This document shows, in pieces, positions 27,364-37,198 of a stretch of DNA of 64,000 nt; the first letter of the stretch is position 1; every line of letters begins with the position of its first letter. The notes beneath the pieces are model-generated. The model saw nothing but the letters and a program-made list of their open reading frames with translations, did no database searches and had not been told where the DNA came from. This DNA is from an uncultured Chlamydiae bacterium (GTDB lineage: Bacteria; Chlamydiota; Chlamydiia; Chlamydiales; JAJFMB01): the NCBI GenBank assembly GCA_963696295.1, contig CAVOJR010000001.1, positions 480,001 to 544,000 on the forward strand, in the 5' to 3' direction. The position numbers and the translations under genes were made by a program.

Positions 27364-28691
27364 CTAAAAAATTTCACTTCATCGGCATCGGCGGCATCGG
27401 CATGAGCGGACTTGCCCGCATTCTTCTGGAAAAAAAGGCTCTCGTCAGCGGCAGCGACCGCTCCCCCAGCCTGATAACTGAGGAGCTTGGAAAAATGGGT
27501 GCTGCCATCTGCTCCACCCACGCCAAAGAAAACGTCTCCTGCGATATGTCGATCGTCTATAGCTCCGATGTCCCTTCTCATAATCCCGAATATCAGGCGG
27601 CACTTCAATGGAACTGCCCCGTCCTGCACCGCTCCGACCTGCTTGCAGAACTCATGAAAGGCTATACCGTTCTTGCCATTGCCGGCACACATGGAAAAAC
27701 CACCACAACCGCTTTAATGACCTCTGTTTTAAAAGAGTCGGGCCTGGATCCCACTTTTGCCGTAGGCGGCATCCTCAAGCAATATGAGACAAACGCAGCC
27801 TTGGGCAAAGGCCCATTTTTTGTGGCTGAAGCCGATGAAAGCGACGGCACTTTCCTCAAATACGACCCCGACTTTGCCATTATCACCAATATCGGAAAAG
27901 ACCACTTAAGCCACTATGGCGATGAAGCGGCGCTGATCAAGGCGTTTAAGACTTTTGCTGAAAAAACGAAAAATCTGTTCTATTGCGGCGATGATGAAAG
28001 GCTCTCAAAGCTCTCCTTAAAAGGGGTCAGCTACGGTTTTTCAGAACATTGCCTCTTGCGGGCTTCCAATGCGCGTCAAGAAGGCTGGGAAAATGTTTTT
28101 GATATCACCTTTAACGGGCGCCTCTACCGGCAAGTGGAAGTGTCTTTGATAGGCAAGCACAATGTTTTAAATGCTCTCGCCGTTTTTGGACTCGCCCTCA
28201 CTTTGGGAGTACCGGAAGAGCAGATCCGTTCCGCCTTCCGCCGTTTTGCCGGCACCAAAAGGCGCCAGGAGAAGAAATGGGAAGAGAGGAATATTCTTTT
28301 TCTCGATGACTATGCCCATCACCCGACTGAGATCCGGACCACTTTGCAGGGAATTAAGGAAGCTGTTAAAGGAAGAAGATTGATCGCCGTCTACCAGCCC
28401 CACCGCTACACCCGCATCAAAGATTGTTTAGGGTCCTTCAGTTCGATTTTCGATGCGGCCGATGAACTCATTATCACCGATCTCTATTCGGCGGGAGAAA
28501 CCCCGATTCCGGGGATTTCCCATGAGCCCATTGTATCAGAGGTGACCTCATTGCCTGTCTGTTATGTTCCCCGCGCAGCACTTGCCGCCCACCTCTTTGC
28601 CAAAGCGGCGCCCCACGACGTCATTGTGACACTGGGAGCCGGCGATATCACTAAATTAAGCCAGGAACTCCATTTGAAAATGCTTTCATGA
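27360..28691 (+). CDS. murC: UDP-N-acetylmuramate--L-alanine ligase
   Basis: GIGGIGMSGLA, GTHGKTTT, EADESDG, DDYAHHPTE. Confidence 0.97.
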   Translation: MTKKFHFIGIGGIGMSGLARILLEKKALVSGSDRSPSLITEELGKMGAAICSTHAKENVSCDMSIVYSSDVPSHNPEYQAALQWNCPVLHRSDLLAELMKGYTVLAIAGTHGKTTTTALMTSVLKESGLDPTFAVGGILKQYETNAALGKGPFFVAEADESDGTFLKYDPDFAIITNIGKDHLSHYGDEAALIKAFKTFAEKTKNLFYCGDDERLSKLSLKGVSYGFSEHCLLRASNARQEGWENVFDITFNGRLYRQVEVSLIGKHNVLNALAVFGLALTLGVPEEQIRSAFRRFAGTKRRQEKKWEERNILFLDDYAHHPTEIRTTLQGIKEAVKGRRLIAVYQPHRYTRIKDCLGSFSSIFDAADELIITDLYSAGETPIPGISHEPIVSEVTSLPVCYVPRAALAAHLFAKAAPHDVIVTLGAGDITKLSQELHLKMLS

Positions 28692-29422
28692 AAATCCCTT
28701 TGAGCCGGGCGCTAGTATTTATTTTTCTCTCAGTGATTGTCATCTCCGGCCCTGCTTTTTTGGGTTTATTGTATTACCAGAGCCTGCTCAAAAGCCGCTC
28801 TGAAGACAGCCGCTACCTTGTTCGCACAATCCTCCCCTCCAACTCAACGCTTCCCGCCGATTACCTTTCCGAACTGCTGGAACTCCCCTTCAATCTCTAT
28901 AAGTTCAAACGGCAGGAATTGGAGCGCAAGCTGTTAGCAAGCCCTTTGATCCGGGAGGCCAGAGTCAAAAAAATTCTGCCAAACAAACTGGGAATTCACT
29001 ATAAGGCGAGAAACCCGCTTGCCCTGCTCGGCGATTATGAGAATATGGCTGTGGATAAAGATGGGTATCTGTTTCCTTGCCGCCCCTTTTTTAACCCTCA
29101 GGAGTTGCCTGTCATTTATTTGGGAGATGTGACGAACAATCCCATTCAGAACGCCAGTTTCCACACCGCTAAAAAGCTGCTTAAAATCCTCTCCAAATGG
29201 CACATTTGCCATATCGACCTGACCAAAGTGAATGAGAGGAGTTTAGGAAAGAGGGAAATTGTGGTGCTCCTCGAAAATGAGATCTATTTGCGCTTAACCC
29301 CGGAAAACTACGCAGAGGAACTGGCGAATTTTCAGCTCCTTCAAAAGAACCGGACCCTAAAAAACGCCGTTGTTGATTTGCGCCTAGCGGATCTTGCCTT
29401 CCTGAAGATGCCAAACGACTAA
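28688..29422 (+). CDS. ftsQ: FtsQ/DivIB-like cell division protein
   Basis: N-terminal TM, POTRA-like segment (PLIREARVKKILPNKL), C-terminal VDLR; follows murC. Confidence 0.7.
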   Translation: MKIPLSRALVFIFLSVIVISGPAFLGLLYYQSLLKSRSEDSRYLVRTILPSNSTLPADYLSELLELPFNLYKFKRQELERKLLASPLIREARVKKILPNKLGIHYKARNPLALLGDYENMAVDKDGYLFPCRPFFNPQELPVIYLGDVTNNPIQNASFHTAKKLLKILSKWHICHIDLTKVNERSLGKREIVVLLENEIYLRLTPENYAEELANFQLLQKNRTLKNAVVDLRLADLAFLKMPND

Positions 29423-29913
29423 TTGCACTTTAAACTCGCGTTGATTTCGGAAGGGTAGAGGTGATTGCATTTTTTGCTGCAGAGATCAACACCAACACCT
29501 ATCCCTCCAGCTATAACTCCCGCAGCCAGCGCACACAATCCGCAGCCGCACACAAGGAGGAGTCCAAGATCTGAGCAATCCCCTCCCACCAGGCATAAGC
29601 CAGTGCCAATACCCGCAGCCGTTAACCCAATTGGAATAGCGACATTGGAGCTAAGTCGCTTCAGGCTTGCCCTTGAACTAAGTTGATAACTTTCAGTTTG
29701 GAAGCCCTCTTTTATCAAAACAACTTTATGGGAAACATCCGGCTGTAACGGAATCGTCTGAGGGGTTAACCCGGCGGACATTCCATCGATGATAATTGTC
29801 GCACCAGAGGGATCTGATGAAATTGGAATCAATTGTTTTTCCTGATGACGCACAGTGCAGCAACTCGTCACAAAGAATGAAAAAAGAATTATTACGATTA
29901 TTGTTGTTTTCAT
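29419..29913 (-). CDS. PEGA-domain lipoprotein with hydrophobic hairpin
   Basis: Lipobox VTSC; ISSDPSGATIIIDG..GLTP..KEGF PEGA pattern. Confidence 0.75.
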   Translation of the reverse strand: MKTTIIVIILFSFFVTSCCTVRHQEKQLIPISSDPSGATIIIDGMSAGLTPQTIPLQPDVSHKVVLIKEGFQTESYQLSSRASLKRLSSNVAIPIGLTAAGIGTGLCLVGGDCSDLGLLLVCGCGLCALAAGVIAGGIGVGVDLCSKKCNHLYPSEINASLKCN

Positions 29914-30038
29914 ATATACCTCCAAAAACAAATATCATTATAAATGAAGGCAAATTTTCTAGCTTATAAAAAAAAGAATGGCCAATCAATATTTCTTCTC
30001 ATTGTTAGCCTATGTTTATTCAAGCTTCTGGCGTCTTT

Positions 30039-30956
30039 TTAAAAAACCAGCTCGGGATTGCCGCGCATCAGCTCATCCGCTTTCATCCGCTTCTTCCCTT
30101 CAAGCTGCACATCTAAAAGCTGCAGCGCGCCCTCACCGCAGCCCACAATCAATTCCTTTGTGGACAGCAGTTCTTTCGGCCGCCCTTTAAGATCGACCAC
30201 TCTGCTGGAATAGATCTTCAACCGCTTTTTTTGCCCCTTGGCCACAACCTGAGCCCAGGCGCCTGGCGTTGGATTCGAGCCGCGGATGAGATTGTGAAGC
30301 TCGCGCGCGGGCTTTTCAAAGTGTATTTCGCAATCCTCAAGCTCGATACGGGGGGCGAAAGTCGCCTTTTCATGCTCTTGAGGAGTCCCCCGGATTACCC
30401 CTTTCTCAAATTCTTTGACCACCCGGTAAAGAAGCTTTTTTCCCACCTGGCAAAGTGTTTCCTGCAGCTCTTCGAAGGTGGTATCCTCGCCAATAGGCAC
30501 AGAGGCAGTCTCGATGATATCGCCCGCATCCATCTTTTTGACCATATGCATCACCGTAACGCCAGTCTCTTTGTCGCCATTGATCAAACAGCGGTGGATA
30601 GGGGCGGCCCCGCGGTAAGCCGGCAGCAGGCTCGCATGCAGATTGATGCAGCCCAAAGGGGGCATGTCAAGCAGATGCTGTTTGACGATCTCCCCATAAG
30701 CCACCACCACAAAAAGGTCAGCCTGACAGCTTCTTAAAATCTCGGCAAATTCGGGTGAAGAGGCGAGTTCCGGCTGAAACAAAGGGAGATGATGCTTGAG
30801 AGCGACTTCTTTGACAGGAGTGGGCACAGGGGTTCCCGAGCGCCCCTTCGGCTTATCCGGTTTGCTGACCACACCAGCCACATCGACTTTCTGCTCAAGG
30901 AGATACTCCAAAACGGATGCGGCAAAAGCGGGCGTGCCGAAAAAGACCACTTTCAT
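30039..30956 (-). CDS. fmt: Methionyl-tRNA formyltransferase
   Basis: VVFFGTPAFA, NLHASLLPAYRGAAPI, MDAGD. Confidence 0.97.
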   Translation of the reverse strand: MKVVFFGTPAFAASVLEYLLEQKVDVAGVVSKPDKPKGRSGTPVPTPVKEVALKHHLPLFQPELASSPEFAEILRSCQADLFVVVAYGEIVKQHLLDMPPLGCINLHASLLPAYRGAAPIHRCLINGDKETGVTVMHMVKKMDAGDIIETASVPIGEDTTFEELQETLCQVGKKLLYRVVKEFEKGVIRGTPQEHEKATFAPRIELEDCEIHFEKPARELHNLIRGSNPTPGAWAQVVAKGQKKRLKIYSSRVVDLKGRPKELLSTKELIVGCGEGALQLLDVQLEGKKRMKADELMRGNPELVF

Positions 30957-31786
30957 ACTGTCTGAACCAATTCTTCTTCTTCCATTTGAATGGAAGTTTC
31001 ATTCTGCAAGGCGACCAGGCCCCGTTTGGTATTTTGGCAAAATTGGAGCCAATGTTTCACTTCCGGAAGCATCACGGCTTCCTTCTCGATGATCGCCAAG
31101 GCCTCCTGCAGATGAAAGTCGGAACGGTAAACCAGTTTGAAAGCTTTTGTGAGCTCCTTTCTCGTATCCAGGGTAAAGCCGTGCCGCTTCAAGCCGATCA
31201 AATTCAAACCAGCCACCTCAAAAGGCCTTCCGGAGCCGATAGTATAGGGAGGAACATCGCAAGGAATGCCGCTCATCCCGCCGACCATGGCATAGCAGCC
31301 GATGCGCACGTGCTGATGCACGCCGGTCATGCCGCCGATATTGACGTGATCCTCTACCAGGACATGTCCTGCCAAAGTGGCTCCGTTGCTCATGATGACA
31401 TGGTTGCCCACTTCACAGTCATGAGCGATATGACAATAAGCCATGATAAAGCAGTTATCGCCGACTTTAACCACCGAATCTGCCACGGAAGAGGCATTGA
31501 TAGTCACATACTCTCTGATTTCACAATTCTTTCCGATCAGGACATAGGTCGTTTCGCCGCGGTATTTCCGATTTTGGGGCTTTGTTCCGATGCTGACAAA
31601 AGGGAAGATAGTTGTCCCGGCCCCGATCGTCGTATGACCGTCGATATAGACATGGGATTTGATCACCACATCGTCTTCAAGGATCACATGCTTCTTGATA
31701 ATCGCGTAAGCTTCGACAGTGACATTATTTCCAAGTTGGGCCCCCTCTTCAATGATAGCCGTCGGATGAATAGTTGTCTGTTTCAT
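30953..31786 (-). CDS. lpxA: UDP-GlcNAc acyltransferase
   Basis: IHPTAII, hexapeptide repeats, HIAHDC, GLNLIGLKR. Confidence 0.96.
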   Translation of the reverse strand: MKQTTIHPTAIIEEGAQLGNNVTVEAYAIIKKHVILEDDVVIKSHVYIDGHTTIGAGTTIFPFVSIGTKPQNRKYRGETTYVLIGKNCEIREYVTINASSVADSVVKVGDNCFIMAYCHIAHDCEVGNHVIMSNGATLAGHVLVEDHVNIGGMTGVHQHVRIGCYAMVGGMSGIPCDVPPYTIGSGRPFEVAGLNLIGLKRHGFTLDTRKELTKAFKLVYRSDFHLQEALAIIEKEAVMLPEVKHWLQFCQNTKRGLVALQNETSIQMEEEELVQTV

Positions 31787-31809
31787 AGAAAATTCTCACA
31801 AATTAATAG

Positions 31810-32259
31810 TTAAATTAGTTCTTTGTCAACGAGAGCAAAGCCCACTTCCGCCTCAACCGCGACCGCTTTGTTATTCACCAGAGCCCGCGCTTTCACCCGG
31901 CCCCCTTTTCGGCTGAAATGAATCCCTTCAGCGTACAAATAAAGAACATCTCCGGGGCGTACGGGATTGCGAAATTTAGCGTTTGTGACATTCAAAAGAA
32001 GAGCGGTCTTTTTCCCCTCTTCCTTAAGATGGACCAGCACGCCTCCTGTCTGGGCAAGGGCCTCTAAAATCAGGACGCCAGGCATAATAGGAGCTCCAGG
32101 AAAATGCCCCTGGAAAAAAGATTCGTTGATGGTCACATTTTTCAAACCTAAAATAGTCCCCTTCTCCAGATCCATTTCGATAATCTTATCCACTAAAAGA
32201 AAGGGATAGCGATGCGGAAGAATTTTGACGATGTCTTTGACATCAAATATCTTTTCCAT
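31810..32259 (-). CDS. fabZ: 3-hydroxyacyl-ACP dehydratase
   Basis: LPHRYPFLLVD, GHFP, PGVLILEALAQ; start at MEKIFD. Confidence 0.96.
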   Translation of the reverse strand: MEKIFDVKDIVKILPHRYPFLLVDKIIEMDLEKGTILGLKNVTINESFFQGHFPGAPIMPGVLILEALAQTGGVLVHLKEEGKKTALLLNVTNAKFRNPVRPGDVLYLYAEGIHFSRKGGRVKARALVNNKAVAVEAEVGFALVDKELI

Positions 32260-33109
32260 GAATGCGGCTCCAAAGTTTTTTTGCAAAGGCAAAGTTTGAG
32301 GCATGCCCGGCGCGGATGGCGATGATATGGGCATGCAGATCGCAAGGCACAAGACCGATATCTCCGATCATATCGAGGACTTTATGGCGGACCATTTCGT
32401 CTGAAAAGAAGAGGCCTTCCTTACTGAAAACGGCTTCATCCTTGATGATGACGGCATTATCCAGGCTGCCCCCTTTGATCAAACCGGCCTCCATGAGCGC
32501 CGTGACTTCTTCATACAATGAAAAAGTGCGGCAGGGAGCGATCTCCTTTTTGAAAATCGCTTCAGTGATATCGGAGGAGTAAAACTGGCATTTGAGCAGA
32601 GGAGAGCCAGGATAATTGAGCGTATAACTGATTTTATAACCGTTGTGAGGCAGGGCGACGATGCTGATGCCCCCGTCGGAAAAATAGACAGGCTCCACGA
32701 CTTTATAGATGAGATAAGGGTCGTCCTGCTCTTCAATACCCCCTTCTTCGATCATCTCGACAAAGACATCCGAGCTGCCATTGGCCACAGGAGGCTCCAC
32801 ATTAGACAGTTCCACGCACAAGTTGTCGACGCCCATCGCGCGGATCGCAGCCATCACATGTTCAATCGTGTGGATATAAACTCTTCCCGAGCCGATGGTT
32901 GTGCTGCGGGAGGTGTCGCAAACGTGGGAGAGATGCGCGGGAATAACAGGCTTTCCGGGAAGGTCCACCCGTTTGAATAGAATGCCGGTCCCATCAGATG
33001 CTGGAACGAAGCGCATATCGACCACAACACCGGTATGAATGCCGATGCCGGAGAAGGAAACGCTCTTTTTCAATGTTCGCTGTTTGCGGTGGGACAGGGT
33101 ACTTTTCAC
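32243..33109 (-). CDS. lpxC: UDP-3-O-acyl-GlcNAc deacetylase
   Basis: QRTL, GIGIHTG, TIEH, HKVLDMIGD. Confidence 0.96.
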   Translation of the reverse strand: MKSTLSHRKQRTLKKSVSFSGIGIHTGVVVDMRFVPASDGTGILFKRVDLPGKPVIPAHLSHVCDTSRSTTIGSGRVYIHTIEHVMAAIRAMGVDNLCVELSNVEPPVANGSSDVFVEMIEEGGIEEQDDPYLIYKVVEPVYFSDGGISIVALPHNGYKISYTLNYPGSPLLKCQFYSSDITEAIFKKEIAPCRTFSLYEEVTALMEAGLIKGGSLDNAVIIKDEAVFSKEGLFFSDEMVRHKVLDMIGDIGLVPCDLHAHIIAIRAGHASNFAFAKKLWSRIHGKDI

Positions 33110-33238
33110 TCTTTTTTCGCGCTTGAAAATGATAATATTTCTCTATTTTATCCCCAACTCTTCATTCAAATCAAGAGAAGTTTCGATTCATGCAAACACG
33201 AGAAACTCGTCAAGTGTCTCTATCTTTTTTTTGTGAGA

Positions 33239-33264
33239 GCCTCAATAAAAATCATTATTGAGGC
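33239..33264. terminator. Hairpin downstream of the small orphan ORF
   Basis: GCCTCAATAA-aaatca-TTATTGAGGC, 10-bp stem. Confidence 0.5.
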
Positions 33265-33276
33265 AAAAATTGAAAT

Positions 33277-33510
33277 TTATTTAACAAAATCGCCTAAAGT
33301 ACCTATACCCTGTTCAAGTAACCTTATTTTTCCTATGAGTTTATCAGCGTATCTTGTCTTTTCATCTTCTAATGCTTTCACGTAAGCTGCATTAAGAGCG
33401 TCAAGATGACGACCTAATTCTGGTAAAACAGAATTCACATAATCGGTTGCATCCTTTAATGCACCTCCTCCGCGAATTTCTTTTAATTCTTCATTTATTA
33501 ATGTTTTCAT
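33277..33510 (-). CDS. Small protein with double-glycine (bacteriocin-type) leader
   Basis: MKTLINEELKEIRGG leader; RBS AGGGGG. Confidence 0.7.
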   Translation of the reverse strand: MKTLINEELKEIRGGGALKDATDYVNSVLPELGRHLDALNAAYVKALEDEKTRYADKLIGKIRLLEQGIGTLGDFVK

Positions 33511-33621
33511 AATACCCCCTACATTATTTTGATTGTAAGGTTGGGAGCAATATTACTCCCAATAAAGATATTATAGCACAAAATGGATTATTTTATCAGT
33601 CTAAAAAAAGTTAATGAATTC

Positions 33622-34986
33622 TTAAGTTCTAAAACTTTCGTAGGCGCTGATAAAAGTTTTCAATGCCGTTTCGAATTCTATTTTCCGATTCTTAAACTTA
33701 TCACGTTCCGCATCACTCCTTTCCCTTTGTGAAATCTCTAATTCTACTATTTTCATTTTATCACCGCTGACCACATAAACATTCCCATTATCGATATTCA
33801 AACCTTCAGAAACCCCTTCGATAATAGGGGCATCTTTCATGATCATGGCATCTTCCTTTATCATCCCTTTAATCACCAGCAATAGAATCATGCCGCAATT
33901 ATCACCGGCTTTTTCCAGAGTTGGTTTTTCGCTCTCCGTATTTAAGAGTTTCTTAAGAAAGGATTTTTTTTGAATACCTTTTAGATCATTTTCAATAGCT
34001 TCCTCAAGATTTTTCAGTTTCCTTTGATCCCCTAAAGATAAATAATTATCGAAACTTCTATATTCTCTTGCATTCTTCAATAAATCTAAAGTTTTTTGTT
34101 CCAAGTCATTTTTTATTGTTTCATTAGCCGAATTTTCGAGAACTTCGATGCGAGCAACTAATTTTGGGTTGTCAATCACAGAAGCTTTTAATTCTTGGCA
34201 ACGGCCGAGCAACTCCTTAGCCTTTTCAGGAGCAGAGTGATCGGCATTCTCTAATACCGACACTTTTTCATCAAGAAATCCATTTATATTATCTGGAGCG
34301 GCCTTTTTTATCGTTTGTATGTTAGGATGATCAACTCCAGCCGCTTCAAATGCGAGGCAAACACCAAGCAGTTTTTGCGCAGTTTCCAGATTTGAGAAAC
34401 TTGGTTTATCGAGTAGAGGTTTTAATTTTTCAATTTTTTGCTTTAAACCATCCATCTGCTTTTTCATTTCCTCCTTTTCTCCTGTCTCAGGTAAGCCGTC
34501 GCAAGCCACATTCAAAGCGCTATAAACGTCAGCCAGCAGTTTTATCTCGCTTGGGCTTGCTTTTTCGAAATCCAATTTATCGATTTGCGATGATAGATCA
34601 TCTTTAATCTTTATTAGCGCCCCTTTATACTGTAGCGGCAATTCTTGGATATCATTATAATCCTGCGTTCTGTTTAAAAATTCCGTATTTTCAAGAATAT
34701 CGGATTTTTTTTCATTAAGAATTGAAAATATTCTTTGCATCTGACCTATATGCTTAACCGCCCTGAGTGTAGCGGGGGTTATCTCTTTTTCTTGATTTAC
34801 CCTGTCCAGCTGTTTAGCCAGAACTGTCGCATCACGACCTAATTCTTCTGATATGACGGCATCGTTAACAAATTTACCGGTAACTGCTTGCTTTACACGC
34901 CCTTTTGCAAAGGATAAATCCCCTTTTGTACTAGCCATTTGTACAAGATCTTCAAGTGGCAATCTATCGCCTGAAACCGTTCCCAT
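33622..34986 (-). CDS. AT-rich helical/coiled-coil hypothetical protein; candidate effector
   Basis: 454-aa K/E/L-rich ORF, RBS AAGGGGGG, inserted between lnt and lpxC. Confidence 0.8.
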   Translation of the reverse strand: MGTVSGDRLPLEDLVQMASTKGDLSFAKGRVKQAVTGKFVNDAVISEELGRDATVLAKQLDRVNQEKEITPATLRAVKHIGQMQRIFSILNEKKSDILENTEFLNRTQDYNDIQELPLQYKGALIKIKDDLSSQIDKLDFEKASPSEIKLLADVYSALNVACDGLPETGEKEEMKKQMDGLKQKIEKLKPLLDKPSFSNLETAQKLLGVCLAFEAAGVDHPNIQTIKKAAPDNINGFLDEKVSVLENADHSAPEKAKELLGRCQELKASVIDNPKLVARIEVLENSANETIKNDLEQKTLDLLKNAREYRSFDNYLSLGDQRKLKNLEEAIENDLKGIQKKSFLKKLLNTESEKPTLEKAGDNCGMILLLVIKGMIKEDAMIMKDAPIIEGVSEGLNIDNGNVYVVSGDKMKIVELEISQRERSDAERDKFKNRKIEFETALKTFISAYESFRT

Positions 34987-35075
34987 AATCCCCCCTTATT
35001 AATAATCTATATTTACAATTATATGAACAGTTAATTATTTTATCAATTAATTGCTATAACTTTATAGAATATTAA

Positions 35076-36725
35076 TTACACAGGATTCTTAACCATAGGA
35101 ACGCTTCTTCTAAAGAAGCTGCGCTGCAGAAAAAAAAGGGAAAAAACGAAGCTGAGGGCAACGATAAGGGCATCGCCGGCTTTCGAATAGAGCGTCCAAT
35201 AGCTCTTCATGGGCACATCGACATAAAGCGCTTCAGAAAGCCACTCCTGATGCTTGTCCCCCTCGCCCAAAATCGCGATATTCCTGCCAAAGCAGTCAAT
35301 CACTCCGGTGACGCCGGTGTTGCAGGCCCTCGCGAGAGGTATGCCCATCTCCACCGTGCGCAGCTTGGCGTGATCAAAGTGCTGTTGCGGCAAAAGGGAA
35401 TCGGGATACCACACATCGCTTGTGATATTCACGAGGAGATCGGCGCCAAGCTGCTTGTTCTCCCGCATCATGTCGCCAAACATCTCTTCATAGCAGATCG
35501 TGAGCCCAAAGCGAGTCCCCTTCCGCTGCATAATTTTCGCAGAAGCGCCGGGCGTCAGAGAGGCTTGAATGCCATAGGATGCGCAAAGGTCTGATAAAAA
35601 TGAGAAGGGGATATATTCCCCCATCGGCACTAAAATGCGCTTTTCGTACCGCTCAGCGCTTTTCCCCGGCTGAAAGTATTGGGCGGAACTGTAATACCGG
35701 CGCGTCTTCACGCCGTTATGGTAAACATCCGAAGCGTCCTCCAAACCGATCACCACGCCCGATTGGAATAGATTCGCGATGGTCGCTGAAAAAAAAGCGT
35801 TGTTGACCAACGAATTGTCCACCACATAGGGCATTCCGGAGGGAAACGTTACGTCTCCGTAAATCTCCATGAGCATCGCTTTGACCTTTTCAAAATCGAA
35901 AACAAAGCTATAGGTCCCAAACGGCACAACCGCTTCGGGTAAAACCACCAGATCGACCGGCTTGCCGTAATGCTCTTTCAGATTCGTAAAAATTTGCCGC
36001 CACTCACCCAGGACATAATCAACCATCTCCTGATGAGTCTCGAAGCTGAAGACCTCCTCGGCCGGAAAAGCGGTTTGCACCAGCACCACATGAAAAGGAG
36101 CGGGGGGTTCTTTAGTCTTCAGGAAATGCAGTTGATAAAAACCGAAACAGTAGGGCAGGGCTGCCAACGCTGTGAGAGCAGACAACTTGTAGAGGTTCCA
36201 TCCCGTCACATAAATATGCAGGGCGAACAGATTGACGAAGAGCACCCAAAAGGTCAGCCCGAACGCGCCGCCAAGTGAGGCCATCTGAAGGGAATAGAGA
36301 TTTCCCGCGAGCGCCATGCCGGCCGGATTGAAAGAAAAGCCCGCTAAATAAAACAGGCGGGACCACTCCATTATAGTCCAAATGGAAGCAATCGCAAGCA
36401 GGCCCCCCAACTGTTCGAGGTTTCTTCTGCTAATTAAAAGACTCAAAAACCCAAACTGCATACCAGCCATAAAGGAGAGGCCGAAATGCACGGCATAAAT
36501 ATACCAATAAGGATGGGACAAAAGCCAGGAAAGCTGCACCATTTGCACACCCGTTCCAAAGAGCGCGCCCAGCCAGAAGCGGCGGCGCGGAGCAGAGTTC
36601 AAAAGAGAAGCAAAAAAAAGCGCATATCCGATCACAGCGGCGACCGAGCCGAGCCACGACGACCAGACAGGCTGGCCGAAAGAGACGATCAAAAAGGAAA
36701 TTAGCGCCGTAAAAATCATAATCAT
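35076..36725 (-). CDS. lnt: Apolipoprotein N-acyltransferase
   Basis: Multiple TMs, LPE, KRILVPMGEYIP, ICYE, NTGVTG; start probably ATG 36725. Confidence 0.93.
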   Translation of the reverse strand: MIMIFTALISFLIVSFGQPVWSSWLGSVAAVIGYALFFASLLNSAPRRRFWLGALFGTGVQMVQLSWLLSHPYWYIYAVHFGLSFMAGMQFGFLSLLISRRNLEQLGGLLAIASIWTIMEWSRLFYLAGFSFNPAGMALAGNLYSLQMASLGGAFGLTFWVLFVNLFALHIYVTGWNLYKLSALTALAALPYCFGFYQLHFLKTKEPPAPFHVVLVQTAFPAEEVFSFETHQEMVDYVLGEWRQIFTNLKEHYGKPVDLVVLPEAVVPFGTYSFVFDFEKVKAMLMEIYGDVTFPSGMPYVVDNSLVNNAFFSATIANLFQSGVVIGLEDASDVYHNGVKTRRYYSSAQYFQPGKSAERYEKRILVPMGEYIPFSFLSDLCASYGIQASLTPGASAKIMQRKGTRFGLTICYEEMFGDMMRENKQLGADLLVNITSDVWYPDSLLPQQHFDHAKLRTVEMGIPLARACNTGVTGVIDCFGRNIAILGEGDKHQEWLSEALYVDVPMKSYWTLYSKAGDALIVALSFVFSLFFLQRSFFRRSVPMVKNPV

Positions 36726-36756
36726 TAAGCATACCCGAACTTCAAAAAAAAGGAAA

Positions 36757-37179
36757 TCACGCTTTTGTCTGAGAAGAGGCGTCGCAGCTGCAGCAACCGG
36801 CTCCGCAGGAGAGCACATAGAGCAAGCCTCCGATAATGCCGATTCCGTTGAGGAACTTCATGACCTCTCCCGCCCTTTCCACTCCTTCCATCGTCCAAAA
36901 AGGATGCACAATCAAAATCATGGCCAGAGTATAAATCGCCAAAACAGCAGCGGCGAAACGGGTAAGCCAGCCCAAAACGAGTAAAATGCCAAAGACTATT
37001 TCCACGATGAGCGACACAATCACGGCCCAGGTGGCGGCATCATTAGTCGTTCCGGTCAGCGCCTGAAAGCTTTGAATGGAGGTTTGAAACTCAAATATTT
37101 TATAAAATCCGGCCCATAAGAAAACGGCACTCAAGCATAGCCGCCCCAAAAGCATAATCAAGGAACAAATACCTTTCAC
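36757..37179 (-). CDS. DoxX family membrane protein
   Basis: LLGRLCLSAVFLWAG, HPFW, GGLL. Confidence 0.85.
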   Translation of the reverse strand: MKGICSLIMLLGRLCLSAVFLWAGFYKIFEFQTSIQSFQALTGTTNDAATWAVIVSLIVEIVFGILLVLGWLTRFAAAVLAIYTLAMILIVHPFWTMEGVERAGEVMKFLNGIGIIGGLLYVLSCGAGCCSCDASSQTKA

Positions 37180-37198
37180 GAAAACCCTCCAGTTAAAT

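Noticed and set aside
30917..31813. 298-aa plus-strand ORF
   Set aside because: Antisense shadow of lpxA
33150..33200. Short matches to MITE B (CCAACTCTTCA, ATTCATGCAA)
   Set aside because: Too short and not in a collinear arrangement; may be chance
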